DNA from: Bacteroidales bacterium
GTDB taxonomy: Bacteria; Bacteroidota; Bacteroidia; Bacteroidales; F082
DNA: 64,000 nt
Assembly: GCA_017461665.1 (NCBI GenBank)
Contig: JAFTXI010000046.1
Location: 3,419-67,418, forward strand
Direction of reading: 5' to 3'
The notes below the pieces were generated by a model. The model made no database searches and was not told the DNA's origin. It saw only the letters and a program-made list of their open reading frames with translations. Below are positions 31,403 to 41,033 of this stretch, piece by piece (the stretch's first letter is position 1; each line of letters starts with the position of its first letter). The position numbers and the translations under genes are program-made.

Positions 31403-32416
31403 TCACTTTTTTGCTTGATTCATCATCATGAGGTCGAGTATGCTTATTGCAGTCATTGCTTCGACGAGTGGCATGACGCGTGGAACAACACAGACGTCGT
31501 GTCTGCCTTCAACTCGACACATTACTTCCTCACCGCAATAATTTACAGTCTGTTGGGCTTGCATGATTGTCGGTATAGGTTTGAAAGCTACATTGAAGTA
31601 AATCTTTTCTCCGTTAGAAATACCACCTTGTATTCCTCCCGAATGATTTGTCTTGCAACGTATTTTTCCATCATTGATAAATATGTCGTTACATTGTGAG
31701 CCTCGCATAGATGCTGAATGGAATCCTTCTCCATATTCGAATCCTTTGACGGCGTTGATACTGAACATTGCCTGAGCCAAGACGGCTTGCAGTTTCATGA
31801 AATGAGGTTCGCCTATTCCTATTGGTACGTTATCTATTTCCACGCGTACTGCAGCACCAACGCTGTCGTTTTCTTGTTTTATCTTATGTAAGATATTAAT
31901 TATCTCTTCATGAGAAAAAGAATCTTTCTTCTCCTCGCCTATCTGAGTGACAAACGACTTAATCTTTATGTTGTGAGATAATAGTATTTGTTTGGCGATG
32001 GCGCCTGCTACTACGCATGGCAGCGTTGTTCGCGCCGAGCCTCTGCCTCCTCCTCTATGATCGCGCAAACCATATTTCTGCTGATAAGTAAAGTCGGCGT
32101 GCGACGGTCGATATATTTCTTTTATGTTGTCATAATCCGATGATTTCGCATCTTGATTTTCAACAATAAAAGCAATCGGTGTTCCTAATGTACGTCCTTC
32201 ATAAATCCCAGATAGGAAAATAAGCTTATCAGATTCCTTTCTTTGAGAACTTACAGAATCGCTACCTGTTCTTCTTCTTAGCAACTCCTCCTCTATCATG
32301 TTAAAATCTATTAACATTCCAGAAGGACAACCATCAATGACACCGCCAATAGCCTCGCCGTGCGACTCGCCAAAAGTCGTCAAACAAAATATTTTACCAA
32401 AAGTATTTACGCTCAT
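31403..32416 (-). CDS. aroC: chorismate synthase
   Basis: Signature motifs FGESHG and GGGRGSARTT. The ATG at 32416 (MSVNTFGKIF) is preferred to the track start. Confidence 0.93.
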   Translation of the reverse strand: MSVNTFGKIFCLTTFGESHGEAIGGVIDGCPSGMLIDFNMIEEELLRRRTGSDSVSSQRKESDKLIFLSGIYEGRTLGTPIAFIVENQDAKSSDYDNIKEIYRPSHADFTYQQKYGLRDHRGGGRGSARTTLPCVVAGAIAKQILLSHNIKIKSFVTQIGEEKKDSFSHEEIINILHKIKQENDSVGAAVRVEIDNVPIGIGEPHFMKLQAVLAQAMFSINAVKGFEYGEGFHSASMRGSQCNDIFINDGKIRCKTNHSGGIQGGISNGEKIYFNVAFKPIPTIMQAQQTVNYCGEEVMCRVEGRHDVCVVPRVMPLVEAMTAISILDLMMMNQAKK

Positions 32417-32432
32417 ATATAAAAACAAAAAA

Positions 32433-32458
32433 AAAGCTGCACACATTAGTACAGCTTT
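32433..32458 (-). terminator. rho-independent terminator after the DUF349 gene
   Basis: aaagctg pairs with cagcttt. On the minus strand a T9 run (32424-32432) follows. Confidence 0.65.
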
Positions 32459-32473
32459 TTCAAAAATAATTAA

Positions 32474-34384
32474 TTACTGCCCGTTAAGTATTTTCAATTT
32501 TGCTTCTAAAACTTTAACCTCGTTCTTTGCTCTACTTATCTTCTTTTCATATTCAGCACGCATGATTTCTGATTGCTTGCTGTTTGAGAAGAAACCGATG
32601 TTGTTTTCCAAGATTGTTATTTCTTCACGTAACTTAGTTATCTTCTTAGTCATGGCATTACGTTCTCTCATGACCTTATCGCGTGAATCTGGACTATCTT
32701 TCATATTTTCAACCATCGAACGATATTCAGCTGTTGAGATTTCGTTTTCAGTCATCTTCATCTTGTCGAACAAACTGTCGATAGACTTACGATATTCGTC
32801 TTGAATAGCATCTTTTTGTTTCATAGGAACATAGCCTATTGCCATCCATTCTCTTTGGAAACTTTTGATAGCTTCCATGTTTTCTGAGCGTTCCTTCTTA
32901 ATTTCGTATGCTTTGATACGTTCAAGAAGTTCTCTCTTAAGACGGAGGTTTTCATCCTCGACGCCTTTGATTCCACTGAAGTGTTCTGATTTGCTTGAGA
33001 AGAATGCATCACAAGCAGTGCGGAAACGCTTCCATATTTTATCAGAGTGACGTTTTGGCACTGGACCAATCTTCTTCCATTCTTCTTGAAGTTTCTTAAT
33101 TTGATCTGTGGCTTTCTTCCATTCCTTGCTGTCTGCAAGTGCTTCTGCTTCTATGCAAAGTTGAATTTTCTTATTATGATTTTCGATTTGTTGTTCTTTT
33201 AACTTGCTGAAGTATTCCTTCTTGTTGACAAAGAATGAATCCATAGATGCTTTGAAACGATTCCAAACCTCATCATTTTGTTTCTTTTGAGCTGGACCTA
33301 CCGATTTCCATACCTTAAAGAGTTCGTTAACTTCAGTAGATTTCTTTTGCCAAGCACCTATACTGTTGATATTCTCATTCAAAAGTTCTTCCATCTTTTC
33401 GCAGATAGCTACCTTTGCGTCATAGTTGGCTTGTTGCTCGTCTTGAATCTTTGAGTAATGGTCACGACGAATCTGATTGATTTTATCTGTAGTGTTTTTG
33501 AAACGATCCCAAATCTCATCTTTCTTGTCTTGCGGAACAGGACCTATTTCTTTCCATTCGTCATGATATTTCTGTAAAAGCTTGAATGCCTTTGTGACAG
33601 ATTTTTCAAGAAGAAGTTCTTCTGTCTTTTCGCATAATTCAATCTTTGCTTCTAAATTCTTCTTAAGATCTAAGTCACGCAACTCACGATTTATCTTTAC
33701 TTTGTCATAGAATTTCTCAATCAAGAAGTGATAGTTGTTCCAAAGATTTGTCATCTCTGTTGCTGGAACCTGACCTATCTCTTTCCATTTATCTTGGAGA
33801 GCGCGGAACTCATCATAAGTCTTCTTCAATGTTTCTTCCGAGTTAATAAGTTGTTTTAACTCTTCGAGGATAGCATTCTTTTGTTGAAGGTTAGCTAGTT
33901 TTTGCTCCTCCAACGATTCATTAAATTTGGCCTTGTTGTCTTTGAAAATATTGAAAGCAGCTTTGAAACGGATTTCTAAAGGATCTTCTACATGTTCGTA
34001 GTTTTCTTTTTCACCTCCATCTAAAATGAATTGCTCCATTTCGCGATCTCTTTCTTCCTTACAAATTCTCAAGAAGTTAGATTTTATTGATGCAACTTTG
34101 TCTTTTATTTTAACAACGTCCGTATCCTGCACTGTCTCTTCCAAAATCTCAATCAACTGTAATTTGTTGAGAGTTGAAAAATCATGGTTTGTTTCTATTT
34201 CTTCATCGTCTTCATCGCCCATTTCAAGATTGTCGAACTGTTCAAGTTCTTCAACTTCTTCTCTTACAACAATCTCTTCAACAGGTTTCTCATCTTCTGT
34301 CACTTTAACTTCAATCTGGATAGTGTTAGGCAAAATGTTAGGCTCTATAAGCTTCACAATTTCATTACGTTCGTTAGCATTCAT
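32474..34384 (-). CDS. DUF349 domain-containing protein
   Basis: 636 aa with about six repeats of the DUF349 helical motif (W+.IGPVP....D.IW.RF+.A.D.FF). Confidence 0.8.
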   Translation of the reverse strand: MNANERNEIVKLIEPNILPNTIQIEVKVTEDEKPVEEIVVREEVEELEQFDNLEMGDEDDEEIETNHDFSTLNKLQLIEILEETVQDTDVVKIKDKVASIKSNFLRICKEERDREMEQFILDGGEKENYEHVEDPLEIRFKAAFNIFKDNKAKFNESLEEQKLANLQQKNAILEELKQLINSEETLKKTYDEFRALQDKWKEIGQVPATEMTNLWNNYHFLIEKFYDKVKINRELRDLDLKKNLEAKIELCEKTEELLLEKSVTKAFKLLQKYHDEWKEIGPVPQDKKDEIWDRFKNTTDKINQIRRDHYSKIQDEQQANYDAKVAICEKMEELLNENINSIGAWQKKSTEVNELFKVWKSVGPAQKKQNDEVWNRFKASMDSFFVNKKEYFSKLKEQQIENHNKKIQLCIEAEALADSKEWKKATDQIKKLQEEWKKIGPVPKRHSDKIWKRFRTACDAFFSSKSEHFSGIKGVEDENLRLKRELLERIKAYEIKKERSENMEAIKSFQREWMAIGYVPMKQKDAIQDEYRKSIDSLFDKMKMTENEISTAEYRSMVENMKDSPDSRDKVMRERNAMTKKITKLREEITILENNIGFFSNSKQSEIMRAEYEKKISRAKNEVKVLEAKLKILNGQ

Positions 34385-34508
34385 ATTCTTTAAATTTTAA
34401 TTCTCCATCTCTTCGCAGAGATTTCGATGGGTGTTGATAACTAATAGGTTACGGATTTGAAAAATAAATTAAAAATCTGACAACCAAATTCACTCTTTAT
34501 TCGTGGTG

Positions 34509-34516
34509 CAAAGATA
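34509..34516 (-). promoter_or_regulatory. -7 promoter motif (tatctttg on the minus strand)
   Basis: The reverse complement of caaagata, about 125 nt upstream of the DUF349 start. Confidence 0.35.
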
Positions 34517-34583
34517 AAAATATTTTGTCGTAAAAGGAAAAAAAATCTAAAATAATTTACTAATAATTCAGGTACTTAAAAAA

Positions 34584-34616
34584 TAACGATGGAACAGATA
34601 GTCCATTCCATCGTTA
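34584..34616 (-). terminator. rho-independent terminator after the PLP enzyme gene
   Basis: taacgatggaa (34584-34594) pairs with ttccatcgtta (34606-34616). A T-run follows on the minus strand. Confidence 0.65.
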
Positions 34617-34676
34617 ATGTAAATTTCTTTGCCGAAAAGCTTTGTTTGTCAAATATTTCAGCGACTTGGCAAATCA

Positions 34677-35858
34677 TCAAGCTTGGTCAAGTGCATTAGA
34701 CAAGTCGGCGATAATATCTTCAACATTCTCGATACCAACAGCAAGACGAATCAATCCGTCTGTAATACCTGCGCTTTCGCGAGCTTCCTTGCTGAGTTTG
34801 GAGTGTGTCATGCTTGCCGGATGTTGGATGAGTGTCTCGATGCCGCCCAACGAAACTGCCAACAATGCGAGATGCACGTTGTTCATCATTCTCTTGCCTG
34901 CTTCCAAACCACCTTTCAAGCAGAATGTAATCATAGCACCAGGTCCTTTCATTTGGCGTTGAGCTAACTCATATTGTGGATGTGACTTCAATCCTGGATA
35001 AAGCACCCATTCAACTTTAGGATGATTCTCAAGAAATTCAGCGACCTTCATGGCGTTTTCCTGAGCTCTGTCGATACGGATTGGCAATGTCTTCAAACCA
35101 CGACGTGTCAGCCATGCCTGATGTGGATCCATATTGAATCCCATGTTAACCATTATTGAACGTAACTTGGTGTAGTTTTCTTTTTCTTTTGCGATAACAA
35201 TACCGCCTACGATGTCGGCATGTCCGTTGATAAATTTTGTCATTGAGTGTAAAATCACGTCTGCGCCCAACTCGAATGGTTGTTGTAAATATGGGCTACA
35301 GAATGTGTTATCGACGCAGACAGGGATATTGCGTTCGTGAGCAATTTTGCAAATAGCTTCAATATCCATAATTCCCATAGTTGGATTGGCTGGAGTTTCC
35401 AAATAAATAAGAGCGGTGTTTTCTTTTATCGCGTTCTTAACATTTTCAACATCAGTGGCATCGACAAAAGTTGACTCCACACCATATTTAGGATAGATGC
35501 TATCCATAACGCCTCTCGAAGGACCGTATAAAGAATTGTGTGCAACAAGATGTTTGCCTTGTGATAAGAATGTCATATAAACTGTGTTGACAGCTGCCAT
35601 GCCGGAACTTACTGCTACACTGCCATATCCGCCTTCCAAAGTGGCGACAGCTTCTTCCAATTCTGTGATTGATGGATTGCCAATACGAGTGTAAATATAT
35701 CCGTCTTCTTCTCCTGAGAAACAGCGTGCTCCGTGATCAACGTCTCTGAAACGGAATGTAGATGTTTGGAATATTGGTGTCACTGCACTGCCTAAACAAT
35801 CGATGGCACCTGAGTGAACTGCTTTTGAGCCAAAGCCCATTTTTTCATCGTTATGCAT
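34677..35858 (-). CDS. Cys/Met-metabolism PLP-dependent enzyme, most like methionine gamma-lyase
   Basis: 393 aa. PLP-lysine motif HSMTKFINGH and trans-sulfuration family length and layout. Confidence 0.8.
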   Translation of the reverse strand: MHNDEKMGFGSKAVHSGAIDCLGSAVTPIFQTSTFRFRDVDHGARCFSGEEDGYIYTRIGNPSITELEEAVATLEGGYGSVAVSSGMAAVNTVYMTFLSQGKHLVAHNSLYGPSRGVMDSIYPKYGVESTFVDATDVENVKNAIKENTALIYLETPANPTMGIMDIEAICKIAHERNIPVCVDNTFCSPYLQQPFELGADVILHSMTKFINGHADIVGGIVIAKEKENYTKLRSIMVNMGFNMDPHQAWLTRRGLKTLPIRIDRAQENAMKVAEFLENHPKVEWVLYPGLKSHPQYELAQRQMKGPGAMITFCLKGGLEAGKRMMNNVHLALLAVSLGGIETLIQHPASMTHSKLSKEARESAGITDGLIRLAVGIENVEDIIADLSNALDQA

Positions 35859-35941
35859 GATATTCAGTATTTTAAATTGTTATTTTATATTTTCAGTGTT
35901 TCCTGCAAAATTATATTTTTTTTACATTTTATACAAGTGAA

Positions 35942-35957
35942 TAAATTTGTAAATTTG
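35942..35957 (+). promoter_or_regulatory. two tandem -7 motifs (taaatttg taaatttg)
   Basis: Two adjacent TAnnTTTG matches, 22-37 nt upstream of the ATG at 35979. Confidence 0.45.
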
Positions 35958-35978
35958 TAGTCATTCAATTTGAATTTA

Positions 35979-37439
35979 ATGAAAACTGATTCTTTAATTA
36001 TTAACGAAATTAGCAATCTGATAAACAAATCATTATCTGACGAGATAATAGATATTGTTAAACTTCCAATATCAGGTTCTTCGCGATTTTATTTTAGAGT
36101 TTTTACAAATAAAGCGACATATATCGCGACGTATAATTCTAACATCGAGGAAAATCATGCGTTCTTAGTGTTTTCTAAACATTTTAAAAACAAAGACTTG
36201 CCCGTTCCGGAGATTTTAGCAATAAGCGATGATAAATGCTGTTATATCCAATCTGACTTGGGTGATTGTTCTTTGTTCGATTATGTTAAAAAATGTGTGA
36301 ATAATAATCACTACGATGAGGTAACAATTGAACTCTTTAAAGAATCTATCGATAATCTTGTTGATTTTCAAATAAAAGGAAACGACGGATTAGATTATTC
36401 AGTTGCCTTCCCTACTGAAAGATTCGACAAGAATTCTATAATAGATGATTTGAATTATTTCAAATATTATTTCTTGAAGGTTAATGAGGAAATTGTCTTT
36501 AACGAGATAAGGTTAAATCATGATTTTCATAAACTTGCAGATTTCCTGATAGAAGCTCCCTCCGACTTCTTCATGTACCGCGACTTTCAATCGAGAAATA
36601 TTATGATAAAAGACAATCATACTTTCTTTATTGATTATCAAGGCGGAAGAAAAGGACCTCTTCAATATGACATCATTTCCTTATTATATCAGGTAAAAGC
36701 TCAAATCCCTGATTCTCTCAGAAACGAATTACTTTCTCATTATAAAACAAAACTTAGTTCTTATATCAACATAAATGATATTCAATTCGATAAGTATTAT
36801 AAATATTTTGTTTTGATAAGATTGATGCAAGTTTTGGGCGCGTATGGTTTCAGAGGCTTGATTCAGAAAAAACAGCATTTCATCGAAAGTATTCCTTATG
36901 CTCTGAAAGAAATCGTTGCGTTAACTCAAAGCTTGGACTTTCCTTTTGAATTGAAAGAATTAAGTTTCGTATTAAACCAATTACATTTATTATTACCTAA
37001 ATATCAATCTGTTAAAGAAGAAAAATTATGCGTGACAATAAATAGTTTTTCGTATAAGAATGGAGGCGTTCCTCAAGATATGAGCGGTAATGGCGGAGGC
37101 TTCGTCTTCGATTGCAGAGCCTTGCCTAATCCTGGACGTTATCCTGAATATAAATCAAAAACAGGCGAAGATGTTGAGGTTCAGAATTATCTTAGCAGTA
37201 AAGAAGAGGTTCATCGATTCTTTGGCATGACACATTCTATTATAAGTCAAGCTGTTGACAATTATATTGAAAGAGATTTTAAAAATCTGTTTGTAAGCTT
37301 CGGATGTACCGGCGGACAGCATCGCTCTGTATTTTTTGCCCAAATGATGGCTGAGGCTTTACATAAGCAGTATCCTCAAATCAAAGTCGTTTTAAACCAT
37401 GTCGTTCAAAAGAAATATTACGTCTATGATACAAAATGA
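35979..37439 (+). CDS. APH-fold sugar kinase (AmgK-like) fused to a RapZ C-terminal-like domain
   Basis: The N-terminal half has a kinase catalytic loop (YRDFQSRNIMI) and IDYQGG. The C-terminal 135 aa or so carry SFSYKNGGVP, FDCRALPNPGRY and GCTGGQHRSV, which match the RapZ C-domain signature. Confidence 0.75.
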   Translation: MKTDSLIINEISNLINKSLSDEIIDIVKLPISGSSRFYFRVFTNKATYIATYNSNIEENHAFLVFSKHFKNKDLPVPEILAISDDKCCYIQSDLGDCSLFDYVKKCVNNNHYDEVTIELFKESIDNLVDFQIKGNDGLDYSVAFPTERFDKNSIIDDLNYFKYYFLKVNEEIVFNEIRLNHDFHKLADFLIEAPSDFFMYRDFQSRNIMIKDNHTFFIDYQGGRKGPLQYDIISLLYQVKAQIPDSLRNELLSHYKTKLSSYININDIQFDKYYKYFVLIRLMQVLGAYGFRGLIQKKQHFIESIPYALKEIVALTQSLDFPFELKELSFVLNQLHLLLPKYQSVKEEKLCVTINSFSYKNGGVPQDMSGNGGGFVFDCRALPNPGRYPEYKSKTGEDVEVQNYLSSKEEVHRFFGMTHSIISQAVDNYIERDFKNLFVSFGCTGGQHRSVFFAQMMAEALHKQYPQIKVVLNHVVQKKYYVYDTK

Positions 37440-38166
37440 AAAAAGAACGGCTTTTATTCTTGCAGCAGGTCTCGGTACAAGGTTAAAGAATCTAACATCA
37501 GATAAGCCTAAAGCATTGGTTGAGTTGAATAAAACTCCATTACTTAAAGTTACAATTGAGAATTTGATTCAACAAAATTTTAATCATTTCGTGATTAATA
37601 TTCATCATTTTGGAGAACAAATTATAGATTTTGTGAATAAAAACAATTACGAAAATGTTACGATAGAAATCTCAGATGAAAGAGATTTTCTTTATAACAC
37701 CGGTGGTGCAATTTTAAAGGCTCTGCCATTACTTAAAGATAGCAAAATAGTTCTTATTCATAATGTTGATATTGTCACAGATGTTGATTTTGAATCGCTT
37801 TATAACAAATTCTCCGATTCTGATGATGTTGTTTGGCTACTTACTCAGAATCGCGACAATAAAAGAAAATTAGTTTTCGATGATAATGACAATTACCTTG
37901 GCAGATTAAATCTTGAAAATAATGTTTATGATGGTGTTGTTGAATTAAATGATAATTTTAAATTGTTATCATTCAGTGGATTACACTTTATAAGACCTAA
38001 TTATTTCTCCGAATTCGATTTGAAGTCTTGCTACGTTTTTGAATTATACAAGGTGTTGTCAAAAAGATATTCGGTAAAATCAAAATTTATAAATCCTAAC
38101 TATTGGTTCGATTTAGGAACTCAGGATCAACTTAAGGAGGCAGAGTTATGGCTTTTATCAAAGTAA
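37426..38166 (+). CDS. sugar-phosphate nucleotidyltransferase (MurU-like)
   Basis: N-terminal LAAGLGTRLK signature. The start overlaps the upstream stop, and the gene is paired with the APH-like kinase as in amgK-murU. Confidence 0.75.
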   Translation: MIQNEKRTAFILAAGLGTRLKNLTSDKPKALVELNKTPLLKVTIENLIQQNFNHFVINIHHFGEQIIDFVNKNNYENVTIEISDERDFLYNTGGAILKALPLLKDSKIVLIHNVDIVTDVDFESLYNKFSDSDDVVWLLTQNRDNKRKLVFDDNDNYLGRLNLENNVYDGVVELNDNFKLLSFSGLHFIRPNYFSEFDLKSCYVFELYKVLSKRYSVKSKFINPNYWFDLGTQDQLKEAELWLLSK

Positions 38167-40967
38167 TAAAGGATTATATCAAGAATAATTATAATCTATC
38201 TCATGATTATCTGACAGTTATATTTCCAAATAAGCGCGCGGCATATATGCTCAGAAAGGAATTGATGTCGGATAATGATAAGAATATTTGGTTGCCACAG
38301 ATGCTCTCAATTCAGGAAGCAATGTCGATGTGGAGCGGATTACAACTCATTGACAATCTTGATGCTACTTTTGAATTGATGAAGATTATGAACAATAACA
38401 GCGAATTTGTTTCAAACTACAATCATTTCTCTTTGGCATCGCAAATCGTTAAAGATTTTGATGAAATAGACCAATATGCAGTTGATGCTGAGAATCTGTT
38501 CTCATATATAAAGGAAATCAAAGAAGCTGAAAATTGGAATCCTGATAAGGATAAGACGGAAACCGAAAAAGCCTATTTGAATTTTTTCAAATCTCTTTAT
38601 ACTTATTACAATTCTTTACGAGAGGTTCTCCTCAAAGACGATTGCGGATATTACGGATTGATTACAAGAAAGTTATACGATTTATCAAAAGAAGAACTTG
38701 ACAATGTTATTGGCGATAAAAAAATCATTTTTGCCGGTTTCAACGCAATGACTTTGACTGAGGAAAATATAATCGTAAGACTTGTTGAATCCAAAAAAGC
38801 TGCCTTGCTTTGGGATTTAGACAAATATTATTTGGAAGATGAAAAGCAAGAGGCAGGACTTTTTGCCCGTCAATTTTTTAAGAAATATAATAATCTAAAA
38901 CCTGAATCTTTTTCCGACAAATTGCTCACCGACGATAAAATCATCAATATCGTTGGGGTTTCCGGTTCGACGGTGCAATCAAACGCGCTTCAAATAAATC
39001 TTATTAAAGAAAAAGAAGATAAATCCAATAAGGCTGTTGTACTTTCCGATGAATCTTTGTTAATCCCTGTTCTCAACTCTATTCCAAATAGTTACGACAA
39101 ATTACAAGTGACGATGGGGTATCCATTTTCTAACACTATCTTATACCAATTTATCAATCATATCTTCGCTTTTAAAAATGGCAGCAACAAAGATGAAGAA
39201 GTATATTTCTGGAATCTGAAGCGTTTGTTGGAAACCGAATTTATTAAAAACATATTCGACTCTAATGATTTGTTTGAGTTGTCAAGATTTATAAATCATA
39301 ATCTTAAAAACACTATCTATAATCTGACAATCAACGATATAGAAGAATATTTTAATGATAATGAAAATCTGCGTAAATTCTTATCACTGATATGTAAAAA
39401 ATGGGGCTCAACTCAGGAATATATCAATTCAATCAAGGAACTTCTTTTGAATATCAACAACTTAATTCCTAATGGTGAAGACAGATATTTCCTTAAAAAT
39501 CAGATAAGTATTGCAGGAAGAATAATCAACAAGATAGAAAAACTGTATAACAAATATAATCTCATTTTGCAGATTCATGATATTGAAATGTTATTTAAAC
39601 AAGCCTCTAACGAGATGAGTATCAAGTTAGATGGTCAAAATGACGGATTGCAGATAATGGGATTGTTGGAAACGAGAAACCTCGACTTCGACGTAGTCCA
39701 TATTTTAAGTGTAAACGAAGGAATTCTACCTCAATCAAAAAGTACTAATAGCCTGATTCCTTTTGATTTAAGAAAACATTATAAACTTCCCATCTATACT
39801 AATAAACAGGCAGTCTATGCGTATCACTTTTACAGACTTCTTCAAAATGCTAAGATTGTTAACATTTATTATAACATATTAGCCGATGGAATGGGCGAAG
39901 GTGAACCAAGTCGTTTCATACTTCAATTGCAACACGAATTACAGCAAAAGAATCGTAACATAAAGATAAATAATATCTTATACAAAAATCCTGATGTAAA
40001 TTTAACTCCAATTAATAATTTGGAAGTACAAAAAACTGATAATATTTTAGCTAAGATAAAAACTAAATTGTCGGGAACAAATAGTTTAGGAAATAAAACC
40101 GGATTGTCGCCCACATCTCTGTCGTGCTACCTCAATTGCTCTCTTAAATTTTATCTTAAATATATTGAGAATGTGCAAGATAACTCCACTGACGAATTGA
40201 TTCAAAGCAATGTCATAGGAAGTATTATACACTCATTTTTTGAACTGTTATATAAGGAATTTGATGATTCAATAATCACTTACGAGACATATAATGCAAA
40301 AGTAACAGAGGAGAAAAAAAACGAGTTGTTTCAACAAGCTCTTGTGAATAATAATTTCAAAAAAGGTTTGCCTGAGACAGGATTCAATTATCTTAATAAA
40401 ATAATGATTGAAGAACTTATCGAGAACTTCATCAATTGTGAAAAAGAATTCCTTAGCAAAGGTAACACTTTAAAAATTATAGGCTTAGAGAAAAATCTTA
40501 CTCATACTTTTAAGATTGAAAATGTTGATGTCAATCTGATTGGATTTGCCGATAGAATAGATAAAACTGATGGAAAGATAAGGATTTTAGATTATAAGAC
40601 TGGTAAAATCAATGAAGACGATGTTGTGATAAAAGATAAGTACGAAAACATTTCTGATTTGCCTGAGAAATCACTACAATTATTGATTTACAAATATTTA
40701 TATGCAAAAAGTCATAATATAGGAACCGATAATATTGAACCTGGAATATTTGGATTGTTAAAGATTAATAATATCTATTTTCCTCTCAAAAACTATAGTG
40801 ATACATTTAATGACGAGAATCTTATTCAAAACTGTGACACTTTCTTTGAGGCTGTTTTCAGGGAGTTGTTAAATCCTGAAATTCCATTCGTTCAAACTAC
40901 TGACGATACAAAATGTAAGTATTGCGATTTTATTACTATTTGCAAACGTAAGAAGAAATCATGGTAA
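38148..40967 (+). CDS. PD-(D/E)XK nuclease family protein (AddB-like)
   Basis: 939 aa. C-terminal nuclease motif GFADRIDK...ILDYKTGK and a terminal Cys cluster CKYCDFITIC. It overlaps the upstream gene by 19 nt. Confidence 0.75.
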   Translation: MAFIKVIKDYIKNNYNLSHDYLTVIFPNKRAAYMLRKELMSDNDKNIWLPQMLSIQEAMSMWSGLQLIDNLDATFELMKIMNNNSEFVSNYNHFSLASQIVKDFDEIDQYAVDAENLFSYIKEIKEAENWNPDKDKTETEKAYLNFFKSLYTYYNSLREVLLKDDCGYYGLITRKLYDLSKEELDNVIGDKKIIFAGFNAMTLTEENIIVRLVESKKAALLWDLDKYYLEDEKQEAGLFARQFFKKYNNLKPESFSDKLLTDDKIINIVGVSGSTVQSNALQINLIKEKEDKSNKAVVLSDESLLIPVLNSIPNSYDKLQVTMGYPFSNTILYQFINHIFAFKNGSNKDEEVYFWNLKRLLETEFIKNIFDSNDLFELSRFINHNLKNTIYNLTINDIEEYFNDNENLRKFLSLICKKWGSTQEYINSIKELLLNINNLIPNGEDRYFLKNQISIAGRIINKIEKLYNKYNLILQIHDIEMLFKQASNEMSIKLDGQNDGLQIMGLLETRNLDFDVVHILSVNEGILPQSKSTNSLIPFDLRKHYKLPIYTNKQAVYAYHFYRLLQNAKIVNIYYNILADGMGEGEPSRFILQLQHELQQKNRNIKINNILYKNPDVNLTPINNLEVQKTDNILAKIKTKLSGTNSLGNKTGLSPTSLSCYLNCSLKFYLKYIENVQDNSTDELIQSNVIGSIIHSFFELLYKEFDDSIITYETYNAKVTEEKKNELFQQALVNNNFKKGLPETGFNYLNKIMIEELIENFINCEKEFLSKGNTLKIIGLEKNLTHTFKIENVDVNLIGFADRIDKTDGKIRILDYKTGKINEDDVVIKDKYENISDLPEKSLQLLIYKYLYAKSHNIGTDNIEPGIFGLLKINNIYFPLKNYSDTFNDENLIQNCDTFFEAVFRELLNPEIPFVQTTDDTKCKYCDFITICKRKKKSW

Positions 40968-40970
40968 AAA

Positions 40971-41016
40971 GAAAGGTAGAAAAGTCTTAAATCAAACGAC
41001 CTTTCTACCTTTAATT
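40971..41016. terminator. hairpin terminator between convergent genes
   Basis: aaaggtagaaaagtc pairs with gacctttctaccttt (one bulge). A T-rich tail follows. Confidence 0.65.
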
Positions 41017-41033
41017 TTGAAATTCTGAGATTT

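Noticed and set aside
31292-31699. 135-aa plus-strand ORF overlapping the 3' end of aroC
   Set aside because: It is antisense to chorismate synthase and has Cys/His/Tyr-rich odd composition. The same reasoning applies to 32298-32804, 34026-34400, 34629-34967, 41329-41736, 29485-30239 and 27195-27500.
35859-35978. A SAM or other riboswitch upstream of the Met/Cys PLP enzyme, or of the divergent kinase gene
   Set aside because: The intergenic region is short and AT-rich with no stable multi-stem structure. Only TAnnTTTG promoter motifs are seen.
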